Below are positions 58,651-64,000 of a stretch of 64,000 bases of DNA, piece by piece. The stretch comes from an uncultured virus (IMG/VR IMGVR_UViG_3300026081_000002). Its lineage: Duplodnaviria; Heunggongvirae; Uroviricota; Caudoviricetes. The position numbers and the translations under genes are program-made. The stretch's first letter is position 1. Every line of letters starts with the position of its first letter. The DNA lies in the IMG/VR virus record IMGVR_UViG_3300026081_000002. One strand, 5' to 3'. A model generated the notes under the pieces. It did no database searches. It saw only the letters and a list, made by a program, of their open reading frames with translations, and was not told the DNA's origin.

Positions 58651-59712
58651 ATGGCGTTTCGCAGGCCCTTAAAAATCCACTATCCTACAAAAGATTTGAA
58701 GGAGATGTCAGACTCTGACATTCTTAGCCTGCGTCATCGTGCAATTTATTGTTATGGTACAGACCCCTCAGTAAAACTTAATTATGTTAATGATTCTGGT
58801 AACTTAGGAACTATGATCGATCAAAGAAGTATTGCTGGTGCTGGACAAACAAGTTTAAATGACGCTTTAAGTAATAAAACATCATTGACTTCTATTAGCT
58901 GGTCAAAAATTAATTTGCAATTTGACTCTAGCTTTACAGGAGGAATTGTAGATTCCGGAAGTCAATTTCCAGTCTATTGGGATAGTGCCAATGACGCGAT
59001 AAGAGCGATGACTGATTCAGATTTTTATGATACGATTACGAGACCTGCGATTGATATATTAACAAACGGATCGTTAACTAATAAACAAGCTGGAATATTT
59101 CACTTCTCAACCGACAGTGCTTCTGATTCAGATTCAACGCTAGTAACTTCTAATCCTATTTTTATCGATACTGTTGCAGACGTGGAAGCTTATAGAGTAG
59201 GGAGTTTATATGAAACTATAGATCAGCCTAAGACTTTAGAAAAGTATTACTTGCATAAGATGAATGCTGATTCTTCTATCTCACCTGGTAATCTTCTTCC
59301 TAAGTTATTAAAGATATATCAGAACACGGCTGACTCAAATCATGTTGGTGTACAAGAATACGATAGTAGTGGAATGGATGACATTTTATGTAAATCTATA
59401 AATCACACTGCAAAAAATGATTCGCAGGGATACTGTTTAAGATATTTACTCGATTCAGATGGATCTGGATCTGGCTTACAAGTTGGTACTTCTATATTGG
59501 ATAAAATATACGAAGGAGAAAGAATGAGGAAAGACAACTCTGGTAAGTATCAAGTAGTACCAGCAGGAGATAGTCATAATCTGTACAGCGGATATGGGTA
59601 CGGTTATGGATACGGATATGGATACGGGTACGGATATGGTAGTCCAGATTCCGATAAAACTTTGACTATAAATAAAACATACTCACTAAAGGTTACAAAA
59701 GGAATATGCTAA
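58651..59712 (+). CDS. Virion structural protein, Asp-Ser-rich, with (GY)8 tract
   Basis: RRPL.....DLKEM N-terminus; located in structural operon. Confidence 0.6.
   Translation: MAFRRPLKIHYPTKDLKEMSDSDILSLRHRAIYCYGTDPSVKLNYVNDSGNLGTMIDQRSIAGAGQTSLNDALSNKTSLTSISWSKINLQFDSSFTGGIVDSGSQFPVYWDSANDAIRAMTDSDFYDTITRPAIDILTNGSLTNKQAGIFHFSTDSASDSDSTLVTSNPIFIDTVADVEAYRVGSLYETIDQPKTLEKYYLHKMNADSSISPGNLLPKLLKIYQNTADSNHVGVQEYDSSGMDDILCKSINHTAKNDSQGYCLRYLLDSDGSGSGLQVGTSILDKIYEGERMRKDNSGKYQVVPAGDSHNLYSGYGYGYGYGYGYGYGYGSPDSDKTLTINKTYSLKVTKGIC
59590..59640 (+). repeat. (Gly-Tyr)8-Gly coding repeat
   Basis: GGN TAY x8 with varied synonymous codons. Confidence 0.9.
59667..59674 (+). promoter_or_regulatory. T4-type late promoter (internal to 58651-59712)
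   Basis: TATAAATA 31 nt upstream of the Cys-rich ORF. Confidence 0.55.
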
Positions 59713-59819
59713 CAGAAGCTAAGTGTGAAAAATGTGGACATAAGTGCCATTGTGAAAAGGAATGTGAAGAGTGCGTAAATGACATATGTACTGGTTGCAG
59801 GTGCGAAAATTGTAAGTAA
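59706..59819 (+). CDS. Metallothionein-like Cys-rich peptide (37 aa, not in ORF track)
   Basis: MLTEAKCEKCGHKCHCEKECEECVNDICTGCRCENCK; 10 Cys, 2 His; AAGGA SD. Confidence 0.7.
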   Translation: MLTEAKCEKCGHKCHCEKECEECVNDICTGCRCENCK

Positions 59820-59838
59820 ATAAAGGATAAATTATATT

Positions 59839-60279
59839 ATGGCTATATTTTCTGAGACGTTTATTGATGCGCATTTTATTGATGCTCGAAAATCTCATAT
59901 ATCGATATATTACAAAAATAAAAGAGGGCAGACAGTTAACTACTACATACCGTGTACGTGGGAGCACCCTGATTTTCAAGATTTACAGAAACTTATTTCT
60001 CTCGAAGATCTTGAGAAAAAATTAAATCAATCCAGAAAAAAAGCAAGAGAAGATAAAATTGAGAGACTTACGCAACCTCTTGATGACATCGATACTATTT
60101 TCGATTTTCTAGTAGAGAACGGAAATAACGTTAGGTACTTATTTCCTATGAAAGTAAAAGTACTGCAGTTAGATCAAGTAAAAAAATCAAAGTCAAAGTT
60201 AATAAAAAATAAAATTCAAAAAAGTAAAAACATTCTTGAACTTATGGGAATTGTTGGAAAGGTGATGAGTGGCAAATAA
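59839..60279 (+). CDS. Hypothetical protein
   Basis: 146 aa, AAGGA SD. Confidence 0.6.
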   Translation: MAIFSETFIDAHFIDARKSHISIYYKNKRGQTVNYYIPCTWEHPDFQDLQKLISLEDLEKKLNQSRKKAREDKIERLTQPLDDIDTIFDFLVENGNNVRYLFPMKVKVLQLDQVKKSKSKLIKNKIQKSKNILELMGIVGKVMSGK

Positions 60280-61024
60280 AATTGTATATATGAGATGGGG
60301 TGAACTGTACACTGAAGATCATGTTAGTAAACTAGAAGAACAGGTAAATAAGAACTGTTCTGTTGATTATGAGTTTTGTACTATGGAGTCCTGTCATAAA
60401 GGTTCAGCGTTTGATAGAATGCAGGAACTACAAGATCGTTTTTATAGAGGAGGAATGAATCCGGAATCTTCTATTACAGAAAGAGAGGATTCAAACTTCG
60501 AGAGAGAAGATGCTGGAGGATTTGCTCACTTTCGCAAGTATCTCATGTTTATGAGAGACAAAGAAGAGTTTAAGGAAGGAGATGTTATACTGTACATCGA
60601 TCTTGATACACTTGTAACTGGTGACTTAGCATACTTTTTTGACTTGGATATGGAAAGGCCGTGGATAACAAGAAGTTGGCAGTTCCAAGAAGGATTCAAA
60701 TGGAAAAGATTATATCACCTAAGAAGCTGTCCATACTTTAATAGTTCTGTCATGGTTTGGAAAGTTGGACAGAACATGACAATATTTAATGAGCTGACCA
60801 ATCCGGATCATGATGAAGCAGTATTCTTTCAATACGGAATAAACGACAACTGGTTATTTCATAGATTTGGCCCTAATGCTTATGATGAGACTAGAAGAAG
60901 CTGGTTCAATTTCTTTGAACCTGAAGTTGTAGTTTCAGATAAAAGATTTCTAACAAGTAAAACACTAATACATACTTTAGCTGGTATGACAATGATAGAA
61001 AAAAATAAATTATGCTTACAATAG
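60269..61024 (+). CDS. Putative glycosyltransferase (GT-A)
   Basis: MRWGELY, LYIDLD, YFNSSVMVW. Confidence 0.65.
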   Translation: MANKIVYMRWGELYTEDHVSKLEEQVNKNCSVDYEFCTMESCHKGSAFDRMQELQDRFYRGGMNPESSITEREDSNFEREDAGGFAHFRKYLMFMRDKEEFKEGDVILYIDLDTLVTGDLAYFFDLDMERPWITRSWQFQEGFKWKRLYHLRSCPYFNSSVMVWKVGQNMTIFNELTNPDHDEAVFFQYGINDNWLFHRFGPNAYDETRRSWFNFFEPEVVVSDKRFLTSKTLIHTLAGMTMIEKNKLCLQ

Positions 61025-61710
61025 ACAAGATTAATATTAATAATGCTTTAGTAGATACTCTTTCTCAGATGGATAATAATTATCCACATAGAAAAGAAGA
61101 TTTTTATAAAGCTCTACACCCATACGTTTTAGATCAATGGATATGGGCTTCAGAAGAATTAATGAGACACTTTATATTTCCTGAGAAAATGGAATGTGAA
61201 AATGCTAACGTGTTTGCAGGTGGCTATTGTTTTTATCCAGGACACTTCTGGAAAAAATGGGGACTGAAGAACGTGTTTCTGTATGACTTAGATCCTGAAA
61301 TAAAACCTGTTAACTGGAGTTGTTTAGAGTATATACGAGATTATGTTAACATTGACCAAAAATCTCTAGATGTTTTGATAGATGATCAGTTTGTTTCAAG
61401 AGATAACATTGACATGGTTATTAATTTGTCATGTGAGAGTATGTACGATATGAAACACATTATAAAGAAAGGAACTTATCCTAAGAATACTATATTTGTA
61501 TTTCAAGGAACTGACAAGATTCAAAGAGGAAACATTAATGTTCATAAGACAATAGAAGAGTTTGAACAATCTACATCATTTGGAGAAGATGATATTTTAT
61601 TCAGTGGTGAGAGAGATGTTAATTTTGGAAATTATAAAGGAAGTGGCGCTCACAAAAGATTTATGGTGATTGCAAGGTATAACTATGAAAAACAGGATAA
61701 TTTGCAGTAA
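61012..61710 (+). CDS. Methyltransferase-fold protein (NxSCE family)
   Basis: FAGGY, YDLD, VINLSCESM, NINV. Confidence 0.5.
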   Translation: MLTIDKININNALVDTLSQMDNNYPHRKEDFYKALHPYVLDQWIWASEELMRHFIFPEKMECENANVFAGGYCFYPGHFWKKWGLKNVFLYDLDPEIKPVNWSCLEYIRDYVNIDQKSLDVLIDDQFVSRDNIDMVINLSCESMYDMKHIIKKGTYPKNTIFVFQGTDKIQRGNINVHKTIEEFEQSTSFGEDDILFSGERDVNFGNYKGSGAHKRFMVIARYNYEKQDNLQ

Positions 61711-62335
61711 ATGGGGTGAGACGTTTGATGATAGTGATGTTAACACTTTACATCGTCAAGTAGAAGCTAACTGCTCAGTTCCATTTGATTTTATATGCTA
61801 TGATAAGTTCAAGCATGATCTTTCTAGATTTGTGCCGCACAATAGAAAGGATCATCATGTAGATGATCAAGGTGGGTTGAGTCACTGGAGAAAATTAACT
61901 CTGTTCGATGATGTTCATTTTGGAGAAGATGATAAGATATTATATCTAGACTTAGACGTTGATGTTAAAAGTGACTTAGCATATTTTTTTGAGTTAGAGA
62001 ACGATAATCCTTACATAATATGGAACCACTGGTGGGAAAGAAAACCTGAAGAGTGGTTAAGACAATATCATCAAGCAAGATGTCCATTGTATAATAGTTC
62101 TACATTGTTATGGAAGACTGGACAGAACAGGGCAATATTAGCGTTCTTATTGGCACATGCTGAAGAGATATTCTTTACGTATAAAAGAATAGACACTTTT
62201 ATGTTTCACTGCTTTGGTCCTCACAGTACAAGAGATCACTTTAAATATTTTGATGAAGGTATCATAACTTCGCACAGGTTGGTTGGTGATTCGAATCCTG
62301 GGATCATTCACTCATATGAAGGAATACTACATTGA
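61685..62335 (+). CDS. Putative glycosyltransferase (paralog of 60269)
   Basis: CSKWGETF, WRKLTLF, LYLDLD, YNSSTLLW. Confidence 0.65.
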   Translation: MKNRIICSKWGETFDDSDVNTLHRQVEANCSVPFDFICYDKFKHDLSRFVPHNRKDHHVDDQGGLSHWRKLTLFDDVHFGEDDKILYLDLDVDVKSDLAYFFELENDNPYIIWNHWWERKPEEWLRQYHQARCPLYNSSTLLWKTGQNRAILAFLLAHAEEIFFTYKRIDTFMFHCFGPHSTRDHFKYFDEGIITSHRLVGDSNPGIIHSYEGILH

Positions 62336-62964
62336 ATTATTGGGAAGGGTTAGACGACATTGATAGAGAATGGGCTTCTCATCGTTGGCAAAATATTCTT
62401 TCGGAATACGGTGAGGCAAAGCCTTTCTTTATGCATAATCTTAGAGAAGAATCTTCTGTAACAGAATATCTAATTCAAAAATATTGGATGGGCATCCATA
62501 CAAAAGGAGAAAAAATAAACATACTAAATTCAGGATTAAGTTTTTGGTCCGTTCCGTTTGCGGCAGAAAAAAATGCAGCTGCAATTCATACGTATGACAT
62601 GTGTCCTCTTGCTGACAAATTATCTTGGATCGCAAATAAACAATACTCAGCAATTCATACACATCATAAAATTAATACAGTATTTGATACCGATCGTATA
62701 GAACTCGATGCTGGTGTTTGGATAAACACAAGCTGCGAACACACTTATCCTGTACATGATATTATTCCAAAAGGCGCGACTTGTGTTTTAAGTGGAAACA
62801 ACTTAAAGAAAAGAGGTCATATTAACTTAATAAATAGCCTTATGCAACTAAAAGTCCAAGCTAATCTTTCAAAGATAGAATCTCAAGAAGTGATGGTGTT
62901 CGATTATGAAGATGAATTAGGAAAAAGAGAATACGAACAGTTTATTATTATAGGTAAAAAATGA
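62332..62964 (+). CDS. Methyltransferase-fold protein (NTSCEH family)
   Basis: YDM, WINTSCEH, GHIN; TTG start. Confidence 0.5.
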   Translation: MNYWEGLDDIDREWASHRWQNILSEYGEAKPFFMHNLREESSVTEYLIQKYWMGIHTKGEKINILNSGLSFWSVPFAAEKNAAAIHTYDMCPLADKLSWIANKQYSAIHTHHKINTVFDTDRIELDAGVWINTSCEHTYPVHDIIPKGATCVLSGNNLKKRGHINLINSLMQLKVQANLSKIESQEVMVFDYEDELGKREYEQFIIIGKK

Positions 62965-63854
62965 AAAGAAGAGTTATATTCACAATCTATATTGATATTC
63001 CAGAGCACTTACTCGATGAATCTGGTTATTCTAGACATGCAAATGTAAATAGACATAGGGCAAATAGAGCAGGTGAAACTAAGGATAAACTAAGTGTTTA
63101 TAAAAACAAACTTATGTGGACACAAAAGAATTATGCAGACATATGTGATGCAGACTATAAGATATTCATAAACAACAAGCAGTGGGTAGACTATTATCTC
63201 TCAATGAAGAAAGTTCATGAAGGACTTCCTATGTATCATATTGTTAACTATTATAAGCATCATCTACTATATGAATTATCAAAAGACTATGATGAGGTTT
63301 TTTATGTAGATCTAGATATTATCCCGGTCACAGAAGAAAACGTATTTGAAGAGCATGACTTATCATACTTTTGGGCTAAGAATAATAATGAGTTAGCTGA
63401 GTGGGGAAAAAGATTTGACTTGTCAAAGTATGATAGTTGTGATAGGAATCCTGCAATTAAATATTGGAACTGCTATGCACTATTACTTCAGGAAGGATTT
63501 GAACCAGAAAATGATGTTATTAATACTGGAACTATGTTAGGTGGAAGAGAAGTTCTTCAAGAAATAAACTGGCCTGAAAAGTTTCCGATCATGGTAGAAA
63601 AGTTAAAGAAGCTACAAGATGATGATGAGACTATGTTTCCTCCAGCACTCCATAGTAGGTTTGCATTTGACAATGAAACAATGACAAGTTATCTTGTCAA
63701 ATCAGAAAATTTTAAATATGCAAGTCTTTCAGATGAGTGGCACGGTAGATTACCAGACAATGGAATTGATCCTAATCATAAAATCATTCATGCTATTAAT
63801 AAAAGGTTTGAATTTATTTGGCCTGACGTAAATTTTGAAGGAAGAAAGTTTTAA
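62961..63854 (+). CDS. Putative glycosyltransferase (paralog of 29614)
   Basis: QKNYADICDADY, YYKHH, EVFYVDLD, INTG, DNE. Confidence 0.6.
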   Translation: MKRRVIFTIYIDIPEHLLDESGYSRHANVNRHRANRAGETKDKLSVYKNKLMWTQKNYADICDADYKIFINNKQWVDYYLSMKKVHEGLPMYHIVNYYKHHLLYELSKDYDEVFYVDLDIIPVTEENVFEEHDLSYFWAKNNNELAEWGKRFDLSKYDSCDRNPAIKYWNCYALLLQEGFEPENDVINTGTMLGGREVLQEINWPEKFPIMVEKLKKLQDDDETMFPPALHSRFAFDNETMTSYLVKSENFKYASLSDEWHGRLPDNGIDPNHKIIHAINKRFEFIWPDVNFEGRKF

Positions 63855-64000
63855 TGCAGATACATTTATTTCGTATAGGAAATAAGTATGGGCCAGAATA
63901 TGAAATATATCTCAATAAAAAATTAAAAGAATACAATGTAGTTTGGCATCGCGAAGCTTTTGATAAGAGAGTTGCTCTTCAATGGAACAAGATGCTGTGC
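63854..64000 (+). CDS. Partial CDS, probable glycosyltransferase
   Basis: MQIHLFRIGNKYGPEYE...WNK; truncated by window end. Confidence 0.45.
   Translation, partial: MQIHLFRIGNKYGPEYEIYLNKKLKEYNVVWHREAFDKRVALQWNKMLC

Noticed and set aside
59719..59979. Minus-strand 86-aa ORF
   Set aside because: Antisense to the Cys-rich ORF and 59839 gene, which have SD and promoter support
984..62662. Numerous short opposite-strand or nested ORFs in the track (e.g. 14035-14466, 31555-31869, 39583-39858)
   Set aside because: Fully overlap well-supported genes; no recognisable motifs or SD
1..64000. Stop-codon reassignment, introns/inteins, homing endonucleases, DGR or transposases
   Set aside because: Conserved genes are intact under the standard code using TAA, TAG and TGA stops; no RT, LAGLIDADG, HNH, GIY-YIG or transposase motifs recognised

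Overview
This AT-rich, gene-dense window comes from a T4-like myovirus, most similar in style to marine T4-like phages; the host cannot be determined from sequence. Layout: (i) 1-5.5 kb, fibre/virion proteins; (ii) 5.6-16.3 kb, a glycan-biosynthesis cluster of about 17 genes (gmd, cytidylyltransferase-cupin, many glycosyltransferases and methyltransferases); (iii) 16.3-31.5 kb, a variable region of small ORFs behind repeated early-promoter cassettes, with tRNA-Arg/Tyr/Gly, lipase, kdsA, a split radical SAM/SPASM, DHODH and an ArdC-like gene; (iv) gp33 and gp32, then a minus-strand tail block (tape-measure-like, gp51/gp26-like, tube-initiator-like, gp2, gp4); (v) a plus-strand baseplate block (gp48, gp53, hub, three-part gp5, gp25, gp6, gp7, gp8, large virion protein); (vi) a second GT/methyltransferase cluster running off the end. 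Best leads: strong Asp-Ser enrichment in outer virion proteins next to the GT clusters (candidate virion O-glycosylation system); a U8 slippery site predicting a lambda G/GT-like -1 frameshift upstream of the tape-measure-like gene; an 18-bp palindrome at an identical distance upstream of three early promoters; and an unannotated 37-aa metallothionein-like ORF with its own late promoter. All product calls come from motif recognition by eye, not database searches.
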